64,000 nucleotides of DNA from an uncultured Candidatus Saccharibacteria bacterium (GTDB lineage Bacteria; Patescibacteriota; Dojkabacteria; J137): NCBI GenBank assembly GCA_964393185.1, contig CAYMSO010000002.1, positions 75,915-139,914 of the forward strand. Direction: 5' to 3'. The translations under genes were made by a program, and so were the position numbers. A model generated the notes under the pieces. That model was not told the origin of the DNA. It made no database searches and was given only the letters and a program-made list of their open reading frames with translations. Position 1 is the first letter of the stretch, and each line of letters begins with the position of its first letter. Below are positions 38,597 through 48,612 of this stretch, piece after piece.

Positions 38597-39886
38597 CTAC
38601 TCTTCTTCGAAGCAGTCGCTATCTAATCCGCGCCTGGCACACATGATGCGATTAACTAGATTAGCATCCAGAATACACTTTCTTAATAATTCCAGTTCTA
38701 TCTCTGCCTTCAAATTAGGTTTTCTCATATTTGCCTCTGCTGTATCTTTATATATATTTATTGCGCCAGTAACAGAAGGAGCCATAGCCATCATCTTATA
38801 CTGATTTAAGGATGGACCTTCCTCACTGCTATCCGTAGTTAATTCTATGCTAACTTGGTCAGCTAGCTCTTGGCAAGCAAGAGATGTAGCTATATCCACC
38901 GATGAGTCAAAAATAATTTCAACTGTCTCATTTTTATTATCCTTAACCCAATTCCATAAATCTTGAACCACATAGGTGATTAGAAAAAAAATAAATACAA
39001 TCACAGCTAGACCGTAAATTATATAGCGCTTTTTTTTATATATAAAGAAAGCTGCCTTTACGATCTTTCCTACTGCTGGAGTAAATAAAAGTGCTGCAAT
39101 TGCAGGAAGTATTTGGTCTGCATTGTTTCCTAATAGTTTGGCTGCCTTAAAAATATTGCCGGGAGTAGGTTTCTTTAGCAACTCATAGATTCTATACATA
39201 ACAGTTACATCACCACCAGCATACTTATTTGCAATTGCTATTATCTTTCTTCCAATAGGATTATTTAGTGCCGGTGGGATATCTGTAATTGATGAAGTGG
39301 ACATGAGCATTCTTTCTCCTAATTCATCTACGCCATCTTGTTCAACAAGATTTGAATCCATACCTTCTGCATTTTGAATAGCCGAATCTAATGTACGCCT
39401 TCCTGAATCTAGTCCAAAGTCATCACTTATGAAGTCACTCTGGTTACCCCCGTTTGATGTAGTATTTTGAATACTAGAATCGGCAGGTGTTCTATTATCT
39501 ATATTCCCACCTGCGTTATCAGATGACTGAAGTTGAGGTTGGAGCTGGCCTATTTGTGAATCTAATTCTAAAATTTGATCTTCAAGCTGCTTTATTTCTT
39601 CTGCGGATCCACCATTTTCTTGTAATAAAGTGCGGCGTCTGCTTAATTCATCTCGAGCTGACCACGCATCACTAAGTCTCTTCTGAACACTCCTGTTCCT
39701 GGAGCTAATATTATTTCTTTTCGCAATAATTCGATCAGATAGCGCTTTGCTTCTTTGCTCTCTTAAATTTCTTTGCATTTCCCTTTGCTGCGTAAGCTTG
39801 CCAGAAAAGCTTCCTGGATTAACAAAATCGCTAATAGTTTTGCCTATTAACTCTAACCACCCTTTGGGTTTTTGTGACTCTGCCAT
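38597..39886 (-). CDS. Coiled-coil membrane protein of the T4SS-like cluster
   Basis: 429 aa. R/Q/E-rich coiled-coil N-half, TM pair (AALLFTPAVG.., YGLAVIVFIFFLITYVV), Cys-containing C-terminus. Confidence 0.4.
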   Translation of the reverse strand: MAESQKPKGWLELIGKTISDFVNPGSFSGKLTQQREMQRNLREQRSKALSDRIIAKRNNISSRNRSVQKRLSDAWSARDELSRRRTLLQENGGSAEEIKQLEDQILELDSQIGQLQPQLQSSDNAGGNIDNRTPADSSIQNTTSNGGNQSDFISDDFGLDSGRRTLDSAIQNAEGMDSNLVEQDGVDELGERMLMSTSSITDIPPALNNPIGRKIIAIANKYAGGDVTVMYRIYELLKKPTPGNIFKAAKLLGNNADQILPAIAALLFTPAVGKIVKAAFFIYKKKRYIIYGLAVIVFIFFLITYVVQDLWNWVKDNKNETVEIIFDSSVDIATSLACQELADQVSIELTTDSSEEGPSLNQYKMMAMAPSVTGAINIYKDTAEANMRKPNLKAEIELELLRKCILDANLVNRIMCARRGLDSDCFEEE

Positions 39887-39915
39887 ACAATTTCAATAAC
39901 AACTCGTGGGTTAAT

Positions 39916-42309
39916 TTAATCTTTCGAAATATTGCCTTTATCATTATATATTTGAGCAGCCCATTTGTTAATTTTAAATTCAATTTCTTCTTTGCTACTG
40001 GCATACGATTCTCTACTTAACTTAATTATTTCTTCCTTTAACTCTTCTGGCTTAAAGTTAGGCAACATTAAAATGCCAGTAAAAGGATTGCTCTGAGACC
40101 CATCTATTGTGAGTTTTATAGCCATTCTGAATTTTTCTAAGTTAACAAGGTCCTCCATATTCAAAAAAGGCGCATATTCTTTTTGTAACCTCAATGCATC
40201 TTTCTGACTTACTACATAATTAATTAATGTACCTACATTCCCAAAAATTGCATCCTGTACTTCTGTACTAATCTGATCGATATATTGATGAGTAACAAAT
40301 AGATTAAGACCGTATTTTCTTGATTCAGAAAGTATTTTTATAAAAGTATCGGTCGAAAAATTTTGAAATTCATCTACGTATAAATAAAAGTCCCTTCTAC
40401 GATCCAGGATCATGTTTGCCCTTTGCATTGCATTTGTATAGATTCTCGTAATTAACATACCTCCAAGCAAAGAAGTATTTTCCTCTCCAATTTTACCTTG
40501 AGATAAATTAACCAAAAGAATTTTACCCGAATCCATTATCTCTCTAAAATCTATGGTCGATTTTATTTGCCCAATCATGTTTCGAATCATTGGAGAGTTC
40601 AAAAATCTACCTACTTTATTATTAATAGGAGCCACAGCTTCAGAAATTAAGCGTGGGTTCTTTGCCATTTCTTCAAATTCCTGCTCCCAAAATTTAATCA
40701 AAAATGGATCTTTCACCTGTTTAAGCAAGAATTTCCTATAGTTCTTATCCTGCAAAATTCTTTGAACTGCAAGTAGCGAAACATTTTGACAATGAAGTAG
40801 AGTAAGGACTGTATTTGTCAATATATACTGTAATCTTGGCCCCCACGAGTTGCCAAAGAACTTTTTAAAGACAGTTACAATGCCATCTGCAAGAAGTTCC
40901 ATCGATTCTCCTTCCTTAATATCCAGCATGTTAAGACCCACTGGATATTCTGTATCGGAAGGATCTATATATACTACATCTTTAAGTCTGTGCTGTGGAA
41001 TAAGGTTCAAAACATGTTCAACTAGTTCGCCATGTGGATCGATAATGCCAAATCCTTCGCCATCATGAATATCTCCATAAACTAGTCGTTGTATCAAAGC
41101 ACTTTTACCAGTGCCTGTTTTTCCTATCAAATACATGTGTCTTCTTCTATCTTCTTTTTTTATGCCAAAAGGCACATGCACGTTTCTATAATCTGTATAG
41201 CCAAATACTCGTATGCCATAATTGTTTTTTATACTTGAATCATAATTGGGTATAACTGGTAAATTCGCCGGTATTTCCAATTTTTTTGATCTAGCCCAAT
41301 CAATGTTTGGAGTTTTTACAGATTCATTTGGAAAATGATAAAGAGAAGCCAGTTCTTCTGTATTAATAATATTAACTTCTTTCTCGTCCAAAAATCTTCT
41401 TATATATTTTTCTTTAATACTTAAAGACTGTTCTAATCTTTTGCCTAAAAATAATGTTTTGATTGCAGAAGTTGAATTCTTCTTGGCAGCAAGGCTATTG
41501 AGTTTTCCTCTTTGGAATTGTTTAAAGGATGCCTCAATATCTTCCATTAAGTTATTCACCATCATTTTGTCTGGGCCTTTTACAATTACTCGCACAGTAA
41601 ATTGATAGCCTGATTTATTGCTTTTTTGTTCAATTTCTCTAATTTCTTGAAGCTGATCAGTATCTAATGGTGTGGATGCCGTTTGTATTTCTGGTTTTGA
41701 TCTAGCGGAGTCTTTTAAAGTTTTTACAAATGACTTTCCAGTGTCTTGCCAATAGCTGGCTACAGGTCTGCATACTATTTGTATCCAGGCTTCAAAACCA
41801 TTTTGCATTTTGGATATTGAAGAAGTTATAGGTCCAAGTGGATCAATCTCAAAATTTTTAAATGTGTTCAAAGGGTACATACTTTCTCTGGCAAGTCCAT
41901 ATTCTGCCACACTTATAACACCATTAAACTGACGGATAGTTTCCACGTAATCCTTCACCAGAGTAATTTGTGCTTCGGGATATTGAGCGTAAACCTGGTT
42001 TTCGATAAAGTTTTTGTATCTTTTGCTACATACTATTAAGAAAAAAATACCCATCGAGTTTCCTACAATTTCAAAACTGAAAAGATCCTTTGACTTTGAA
42101 TTATTTCTCAAGGTTCCATGTAGGGATTGAAAAAAAGCTTCTGCTGCTAGTGGTTTTTTGTCGTTGTAAAGTGGAACAGCAATTTTTAATACTATTCTTT
42201 CTTTAATTGTCTCATTTACTGTGATTTTTAAATAATTACGACGAAGTTGATAGGTATATAGACCTACAGCTGGTATAAATAGTAGTGTGATTAGCAGTAT
42301 TATTGTCAT
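39916..42309 (-). CDS. VirB4/VirD4-superfamily (HerA/FtsK-fold) T4SS ATPase with N-terminal TM
   Basis: Walker A YLIGKTGTGKS, Walker B FYLYVDEFQNF, SESRKYGLNLFVTHQ. Size and Walker A position resemble VirB4. Confidence 0.7.
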   Translation of the reverse strand: MTIILLITLLFIPAVGLYTYQLRRNYLKITVNETIKERIVLKIAVPLYNDKKPLAAEAFFQSLHGTLRNNSKSKDLFSFEIVGNSMGIFFLIVCSKRYKNFIENQVYAQYPEAQITLVKDYVETIRQFNGVISVAEYGLARESMYPLNTFKNFEIDPLGPITSSISKMQNGFEAWIQIVCRPVASYWQDTGKSFVKTLKDSARSKPEIQTASTPLDTDQLQEIREIEQKSNKSGYQFTVRVIVKGPDKMMVNNLMEDIEASFKQFQRGKLNSLAAKKNSTSAIKTLFLGKRLEQSLSIKEKYIRRFLDEKEVNIINTEELASLYHFPNESVKTPNIDWARSKKLEIPANLPVIPNYDSSIKNNYGIRVFGYTDYRNVHVPFGIKKEDRRRHMYLIGKTGTGKSALIQRLVYGDIHDGEGFGIIDPHGELVEHVLNLIPQHRLKDVVYIDPSDTEYPVGLNMLDIKEGESMELLADGIVTVFKKFFGNSWGPRLQYILTNTVLTLLHCQNVSLLAVQRILQDKNYRKFLLKQVKDPFLIKFWEQEFEEMAKNPRLISEAVAPINNKVGRFLNSPMIRNMIGQIKSTIDFREIMDSGKILLVNLSQGKIGEENTSLLGGMLITRIYTNAMQRANMILDRRRDFYLYVDEFQNFSTDTFIKILSESRKYGLNLFVTHQYIDQISTEVQDAIFGNVGTLINYVVSQKDALRLQKEYAPFLNMEDLVNLEKFRMAIKLTIDGSQSNPFTGILMLPNFKPEELKEEIIKLSRESYASSKEEIEFKINKWAAQIYNDKGNISKD

Positions 42310-42422
42310 GAATATATTGTACTATAAAAATCAACCAATAGTACCTAGCAATTAACAAGGGTTATTGAAACAAAAGCAGTTTACGAAGAAAACTTTCGTT
42401 ATGACAAGAACAAACTTAAAGC

Positions 42423-45083
42423 TTATTGCTTTTGCATAGTTATTGGAATTTTCAAAGACGCAGCACTACCATACCCACTTATACCAAATGCTACTGCATC
42501 TGTTACTAGTGCACCTCCAGAAACACCGCTACCGCTGATCATACCACCTACAAACGTTTTTTGGAGTGGATCAAGCTTACCAAATAGTTGCACCAAACTG
42601 CCCATTACAGTCGCATCCCCAGGCTTTCTTTCTATTACCAACTCAAACTTAATCTCTAATAGCTTTCCTGCGCCATACGTAGGATAAGGTTGAGGATTAG
42701 ATCCAGATACCAATAATTTTAGCATCCCATTTGTTATATGATACCAACGACTTGTTCTCCTATCGTAAGCCCACATGAAAGGGTCATTTCCATTGCTTAG
42801 CCGCTTAAACGGCTGAGTAATACCTCTCTGGAATCCAGCAGGTGAGCTTACTACGGCTATATCCATTGGATCTATAGTTCTGCCAAATTCAAAATCTTTA
42901 GGCATTAAGGTAAGCTTACCATTGTTCCTGGCAATGTATCTAACTGGAGGTGCTCCCTCTGCTGGATTAGCTATAGCACCACTTGCTGGATCTACATTAC
43001 AACTTCTAAATATTTGGATAATTTCGTTGACAGTAAATTCTATAGTATTATCAGGATTCTGTGGAAAAGTAAATTTAAAATCTATACCTATTTCTTTACC
43101 TTCTTCGTGTATAGATCCACCGCTTCGCATATTTACTCCTGTTAAACCTGTCATACTTCCCTCAAACAAATTTGTGCCTTTTTGTAAAATTTCACCGACT
43201 GCCCTGGCAGCGCCACCCCTGTTAATTAAATTACCTATTCTCGTCCTTGCAAGAGTTCCTAGCTCATTCATTTTATCTTCTGCCGAGCCCTGTTGTCCTG
43301 CCTTAACGCCAACCATTCTGTTGTAGGTTGCTGCACTAAATTTGCCTACCGCTCTTGTAGGAACTAGCGCTGCATTTCTCATTTTTGTTGTCACTGCTCC
43401 TTCTCTGAAGGTAGCATTTTTCCTTATATCATTTGCTAAGTTAAGCGAGTCTTTAGCACTAGAAAACGCACCACTTACAAATGTAGGGATAACTGCTTTC
43501 GTACCCATAGAATCATCAATGGAATTTAGTATATTCGGAACGTTTAAATAAATCATTATGGCTAGAACTCCAAATACCAATGCGTTTACACTGTTAAATA
43601 ATAAATCCCCGCCACCAGATATTAATTCTTCTAAACCCAATAGTGGAGGTACATAGCCAGACTTGCCTAGGTCTGGTATAGAGTTTTGAAAAGCCTCGGT
43701 AGAAAAGATAATTGCGAGTAAAAACATTGCATAAGTAACAATGTAAAAAAGCGAAGCAGCTCCCATAATTTTTGCAAATTGCATAATTTGCTTTGTGCCA
43801 TTGCCTGGAATTGCTATAGTAGCAAAGATAAAAGGGGAGGCAATTGGAGCTAATAAGAAAACAAGATACTTCATCAAAAGTAATTTTAGAATTCTAAGCC
43901 CAGTAAAGAACAACAGGATTCTTATAAAAAAATTTATAATATCTCCAATCCAAGCTATGGGTCCACCATCTGATTGACCCAATACTTCTAGTATAGCTGC
44001 TACAGTAAGTCCTAGATTATCACCTATAATAGTTGAACCTATACTTTGCAAACCGTGTTGTATCTCATCACTTACATTTACATTACCGCCGGAAGAATAC
44101 CACGTCAATCTAGGGTCATCTGGGTAGAGACCTCTATCGTTCTCTGCATATCCTATACAACCAGGTGGTTTGTTATTATCGTCAGGTGAGTCGCAATTTC
44201 TGTTTTCGTACACAGATCGTGCAGGTGCGCCGGGTCCGATCAAGAATTGTCTAACCACATTTGTGCCTATTGTTACGCTATCTATAAATAATCCGCTAAT
44301 AGCATAGCTAAGTGGAATAAGAATCATGGCCAGTGCTATGTTCGGAATTGCATTTTGTATGGTTACAGAAACTCCTCCAGGCAATTGAGCTCTAAACATA
44401 ATAGAGAATGCTACTCCAATAATTAGAAAGATCATTAATCCGTATACTATATTAACAGACCAACCCCAAAAATCCTGAATAGGTTTTAATAGAGTAAATC
44501 CGTTACCAGGATAGTATAGTGCATCGGCGTTATCTTGTGCATTAACCTGACCTAAATTTTTTATTGCGTAAACTTGCTGTTGAAAGTATACCTGTCCACT
44601 TGCGGGACGTTCATCTAGCAATTTATTACTTGCAGCTAATACTACACCCGATAGTCCCCTAGTTGCATCAGGATTATTTAGTCTGGCTTGTCTCTGCACA
44701 AAGTTTTCTGCAGTTATTTTACATCCGCCATTACCATCAGATTCTGTAACTTCAGCCAAGAATTCCGAATAAGTTTGATAGTCTGTAGAAAGAATTTTTG
44801 CCCATGGTTTCATTAATCCGCCCCACAAGCTTCCTTGTGCAGGAGATATAGGGCACGCTGTACCATATAGCAATTGATTTACTTCAGGATCCCCAACACT
44901 CCAAGCATTCATATCGCTTGCTGTGTCGAATATTCCATTAGCTTCTATATCTTTGCTAGGCCAAAAAAAGGGAATAATTACCAAGAAAGCTACTAGCAGA
45001 ATTACTACTAACCTGTATGTATAGATCTTATTGTAGACAAAGCAAATTTTATCTTTCACGTTTTGCAAAACATTTTCTAACAA
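42423..45083 (-). CDS. Very large polytopic membrane protein (VirB6/TrbL-like role inferred from context)
   Basis: 886 aa, 8 or more TM helices in the central part, large soluble N- and C-terminal regions. Non-ATG (TTG) start in the track, so the start is uncertain. Confidence 0.4.
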   Translation of the reverse strand: MLENVLQNVKDKICFVYNKIYTYRLVVILLVAFLVIIPFFWPSKDIEANGIFDTASDMNAWSVGDPEVNQLLYGTACPISPAQGSLWGGLMKPWAKILSTDYQTYSEFLAEVTESDGNGGCKITAENFVQRQARLNNPDATRGLSGVVLAASNKLLDERPASGQVYFQQQVYAIKNLGQVNAQDNADALYYPGNGFTLLKPIQDFWGWSVNIVYGLMIFLIIGVAFSIMFRAQLPGGVSVTIQNAIPNIALAMILIPLSYAISGLFIDSVTIGTNVVRQFLIGPGAPARSVYENRNCDSPDDNNKPPGCIGYAENDRGLYPDDPRLTWYSSGGNVNVSDEIQHGLQSIGSTIIGDNLGLTVAAILEVLGQSDGGPIAWIGDIINFFIRILLFFTGLRILKLLLMKYLVFLLAPIASPFIFATIAIPGNGTKQIMQFAKIMGAASLFYIVTYAMFLLAIIFSTEAFQNSIPDLGKSGYVPPLLGLEELISGGGDLLFNSVNALVFGVLAIMIYLNVPNILNSIDDSMGTKAVIPTFVSGAFSSAKDSLNLANDIRKNATFREGAVTTKMRNAALVPTRAVGKFSAATYNRMVGVKAGQQGSAEDKMNELGTLARTRIGNLINRGGAARAVGEILQKGTNLFEGSMTGLTGVNMRSGGSIHEEGKEIGIDFKFTFPQNPDNTIEFTVNEIIQIFRSCNVDPASGAIANPAEGAPPVRYIARNNGKLTLMPKDFEFGRTIDPMDIAVVSSPAGFQRGITQPFKRLSNGNDPFMWAYDRRTSRWYHITNGMLKLLVSGSNPQPYPTYGAGKLLEIKFELVIERKPGDATVMGSLVQLFGKLDPLQKTFVGGMISGSGVSGGALVTDAVAFGISGYGSAASLKIPITMQKQ

Positions 45084-45136
45084 CTAGTATATGAGAAAAA
45101 AAGCATGATGTAAACAAGGAGAAATTAACAAGTTAA

Positions 45137-45220
45137 CGGTTATCGGTAATGAGTTTTCAGAGTACTTGATTCTTATCTTATGTCCTTTTCTTCAAATTAC
45201 TGAAAACCGAAAACTGATAA
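45137..45220. repeat. Two short heptamer-type arms in inverted orientation upstream of the P-type ATPase
   Basis: GGTTATCGGTAATGAGTTTTCAG ... 38 nt ... CTGAAAACCGAAAACTGATAA. The arms match 15/21 as an inverted repeat. Confidence 0.6.
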
Positions 45221-45300
45221 TTTATTTAGTACCAACTATTTCTTATATCCTACGCATACTTCTTTTTATCGTGTTAAAATATTCTGTTTTAGTACATTTA

Positions 45301-47832
45301 ATGATACATGGATTAACCTCGGCCGAAGTCAATAGAAAAAAGACTTTGGGACTAACCAATCAAAAAATAGATTCATATTCGCCAAGTTACTTAAGCATTG
45401 TAAGAAGAAACACTTTCAGTCTTATGAACTTTGTGATTATTCCATTGGTTATATTACTTTACGCATTTAAGCTTTACAACGATGCCACTGTTTTTGGAGT
45501 TTTTGTGCTTGGCAATACAATTCTTAACTCCTTTGAAGAAATCAGAATAAAAAGACGTATAGAAAAACTAATTCAAGAGTTTCAACAGAAAACTAAGGTA
45601 ATTAGAGATGGCATTGTACAGGAAATTCCTTCCAGCGAAGTTGTAATTGGCGACTATATAAAGGCAGAAGAAGGTGAAGCCATAATCACCGATGGAAAAA
45701 TAGTGCAAGAAAATTATTTACAAATCGATGAATCGGCATTAACTGGAGAATCAGATTATATAAAAAAGAAAGTTAACGATCAGGTACTATCTGGTAGTTT
45801 CGTAGTAACAGGAGATTGCATCTATACTGCTCAGAAAGTTGGTAAGCAAAACTATTTGAACGAGCTTGGTTCTAAAAGTCTTACATACAAAAAGACTAAA
45901 AGTAGATTAGAGAAGTCGGGGGATAGATTTATTTCTTTCTTTGTAATTACGGGTTTTATAGCTGCGCTTTTCCATCTTTTTATGGCGCGCGAAGGAGGTG
46001 CAAGTCGTGAAGATCTTCTTTTAAGTTTTACAATGGTAATTTCTATAATAATACCGCAGACTTTGATCTTTTTATATGGATTAACTTTTGTAATTTCTAT
46101 AACAAAGCTTGCAAACAGAGGGATTCTTGTTCAAAAAAGAGGAGCCATAGACGATCTGGCAGGTATCGATACAATTTGCATAGATAAGACAGGTACAATT
46201 ACTACAAACCAAATGTATGTTGCAGAAAATAAATACTTTAATCTAAAGGAAGAATTAATTGGAAGAGTGTTCAACTCTGCAAGTAAATTATTCTATGGAA
46301 AGAACAAAACATCTTCCGCAATCGAAAACATTTATGCCACATTTGAAACTATTGAATTTTCAGATTTTGATCAGATTCCATTTACGTCACGTAATAAGTA
46401 TAGTGCATTTTCCTTTTTTCAAGAAGACACCAAGCATATTGTTTTTCTTGGCGCCCCAACAATTTTACTTAATCTTGTAGAAAAAAATTTAAAAATTGAA
46501 TTAGAAAACCATGTAAAGAAACAGGAAGACAAGGGTTTTAGAGTAATAATATTACTTTACTCAACAAAACAAAAGATTGAATTAAACAACATTCAAACAA
46601 TAGAGGATGTAAAACAGGTATTTGATTCGGCAGCTTGCTTTTCTATTCAAGAAAATTTAAATCCAGGAATTAAAGAAATTCTTAAACAACTTCGAGAACA
46701 GGAAATAGATGTTAAAGTGATTTCTGGAGACAGCTATAAGTCAGTTTCGGATATTGCTCAAAAAATTGGCTTTCCAAATCCCAGAATTATAGATGTATCT
46801 CAAACTAATGAGAGACTCGAAAGATTAGCTTTGGAATATAATATTTTTACTAGAGCTAAACCAGAAGATAAATTAGTAATTATCAAAACACTACGAGAGA
46901 ACGGTCATAAAGTAGCAATGATAGGTGATGGAATCAATGATGTACTTAGCATGAAACAATCTACAGTAAGTATCGCCATGGAAAATGGTGCAAAAATTGC
47001 TAGAGACGTCGCAGACATTGTTCTTCTTCAAAATGATTACAAGAAAGTTCCTCAAATATTTTACGAAGGCGATAATATAGTTTTTAACTTAAAACTAACT
47101 ACCAAAATTTTTTATGCCAAAGCATTTATGGGATTTGTGATTGCTGGTTTTTTCGCACTGTTAATGAAACCAATTCCGATTTTGCCTTCAACTTCTCTAA
47201 TATTTAGTTTCTTTGGAGGAACATTTATTAGTTATGTAGTTTCCTTTTCTAGACAGCAAGTAAAAAATCAGACAGACTTTACAAAAAACATTATCGCAAC
47301 TGCAACTCCTAGTGGAATTTTTATGGGATTGTCAATCATTTTAATGTATTTAATAAATAAGAGCACCTCTTTTGACCTACTAAATAGTTATCTAGTTATG
47401 GGGTTACTTTCTGTAAGTTTGGTATATGCAATTTACCTTCTTTGGGAGGCTGAAAAAATTAATTCAATAAAATTTATGTTATTTGTATGGATTATAGGAA
47501 TGTTCTATGGAATGTTACTTATAAACTTACCAATATATTCTTATAACGAAGTAAGTAATAAGGTGATTGGATTATTAGGACTAATCATAACATCATCTAT
47601 CTTCTTTACTTATATTGTGTATAAGATTTCGAGTCACAGTGCAAATAGGATTAAGTACGCAATCGTTTTAGGACTTGCTCATTTTTTAGTGCTGATGATA
47701 TTCCCATTTAAGTATTATTACCAGGCAGAGCCAATCAACAAGCACTTAACATTAGATATAGTCTTAGTAACTGCATTGTTTAGTATTATAATGCTTATAC
47801 TTCATAGAATCTTCAAGTTCTTTGGAAATTAG
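45301..47832 (+). CDS. Cation-transporting P-type ATPase
   Basis: N-terminal GLTSAEV, TGES, phosphorylation site CIDKTGTITTN, hinge MIGDGINDV. ATG at 45301 is preferred over the upstream TTG at 45166. Confidence 0.85.
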   Translation: MIHGLTSAEVNRKKTLGLTNQKIDSYSPSYLSIVRRNTFSLMNFVIIPLVILLYAFKLYNDATVFGVFVLGNTILNSFEEIRIKRRIEKLIQEFQQKTKVIRDGIVQEIPSSEVVIGDYIKAEEGEAIITDGKIVQENYLQIDESALTGESDYIKKKVNDQVLSGSFVVTGDCIYTAQKVGKQNYLNELGSKSLTYKKTKSRLEKSGDRFISFFVITGFIAALFHLFMAREGGASREDLLLSFTMVISIIIPQTLIFLYGLTFVISITKLANRGILVQKRGAIDDLAGIDTICIDKTGTITTNQMYVAENKYFNLKEELIGRVFNSASKLFYGKNKTSSAIENIYATFETIEFSDFDQIPFTSRNKYSAFSFFQEDTKHIVFLGAPTILLNLVEKNLKIELENHVKKQEDKGFRVIILLYSTKQKIELNNIQTIEDVKQVFDSAACFSIQENLNPGIKEILKQLREQEIDVKVISGDSYKSVSDIAQKIGFPNPRIIDVSQTNERLERLALEYNIFTRAKPEDKLVIIKTLRENGHKVAMIGDGINDVLSMKQSTVSIAMENGAKIARDVADIVLLQNDYKKVPQIFYEGDNIVFNLKLTTKIFYAKAFMGFVIAGFFALLMKPIPILPSTSLIFSFFGGTFISYVVSFSRQQVKNQTDFTKNIIATATPSGIFMGLSIILMYLINKSTSFDLLNSYLVMGLLSVSLVYAIYLLWEAEKINSIKFMLFVWIIGMFYGMLLINLPIYSYNEVSNKVIGLLGLIITSSIFFTYIVYKISSHSANRIKYAIVLGLAHFLVLMIFPFKYYYQAEPINKHLTLDIVLVTALFSIIMLILHRIFKFFGN

Positions 47833-47842
47833 ATCATCAACA

Positions 47843-47871
47843 TTGACGTAATCAAGCTGACATCATATAAT
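47843..47871 (+). promoter_or_regulatory. Near-consensus sigma70-type promoter TTGACG-17 nt-TATAAT
   Basis: Read directly. 25 nt upstream of the ATG at 47897. Confidence 0.6.
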
Positions 47872-47896
47872 GGTGGCATATTAATACATAAATAAT

Positions 47897-48304
47897 ATGA
47901 GCAATCGAGACCCAGACTTATCACGACCTGGTTCGGAAGAGAGGCCAATAGTAATAGAAAATTCCTTCACTAGTGACACCCAACCTATAATTGACGCTAT
48001 CAGCCAAGCAATTAAAATCGCAATCATAGATAGATATGCATTCATAGATCATAGAGTTTTCAGCATAAGTCTTTCTAATCAGGAGAACGGAAAACCAGAA
48101 CTTACTACAATCAAAATCAATGTAAAATTTAATGCACATCCTTATGCTGCCCAGCATTTTTGGAATACACTACTAAGAGAAATTCCGGGTTTTGAACCTA
48201 CAGAAGATAATGTTGAATTGTTTATTCCTGTGAGAGTTCCATTTAATGAATGGTCTACTGCCGTGCCTAATACAGAAGAAGATGCAGATGATTCAGAAAT
48301 ATAA
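47897..48304 (+). CDS. Hypothetical small acidic protein
   Basis: 135-aa ORF behind a strong promoter. No motif. Confidence 0.4.
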   Translation: MSNRDPDLSRPGSEERPIVIENSFTSDTQPIIDAISQAIKIAIIDRYAFIDHRVFSISLSNQENGKPELTTIKINVKFNAHPYAAQHFWNTLLREIPGFEPTEDNVELFIPVRVPFNEWSTAVPNTEEDADDSEI

Positions 48305-48357
48305 TTGAGTGCTAAAGTTAGTTTTGTTATAATTTCCTAACAATTTAGCAAAAGCAT

Positions 48358-48612
48358 TGATTGGGAAGAGAAGTAATTCATCCAATTTAAGAGAGATGAC
48401 GGTAGGTGAAAGTCATTATTGCAAATTACTTCAGCCACCCATGAGCAGACTGCAAGAAAGACAAAAGTCACAAGCAGCTCCGAAAACTACATCGTTAAAG
48501 TAGGTTGTACAAAGTACAACAGAGGCTGTAACAGCAATGTTAGAGCGAATAAAGGTGGTACCACGGAAATCCGTCCTTTGTGTTTAATAAACATAGAGGA
48601 CGGGTTTTTTGG
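48358..48612 (+). promoter_or_regulatory. T-box riboswitch leader, Ala-specific (specifier GCC), with intrinsic terminator
   Basis: Stem I: helix AGTAATT/AATTACT, AG bulge AAGAGAG, distal hairpin GATGAC-GGTAGGTGAAA-GTCATT, specifier loop TCA-GCC-A closed by GGG/CCC. T-box sequence AATAAAGGTGGTACCACGG (48548-48566). Terminator CCGTCCT...AGGACGG plus TTTTTT (48571-48610). Extended -10 at 48325-48333. Confidence 0.75.

Noticed and set aside
42922-43326. 134-aa and other antisense ORFs inside large genes (e.g. 5593..5841, 8705..8938, 9242..9571, 21580..21897, 27006..27281, 33537..33794, 40850..41068, 43342..43551, 56884..57273)
   Set aside because: All lie antisense to, or out of frame within, longer ORFs with clear family motifs. 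They are typical shadow ORFs of AT-rich coding sequence.
45166-45300. N-terminal 45 codons of the track ORF for the P-type ATPase
   Set aside because: They start at a TTG inside the repeat and promoter region. The ATG at 45301 gives the canonical GLTSAEV N-terminus of P-type ATPases.
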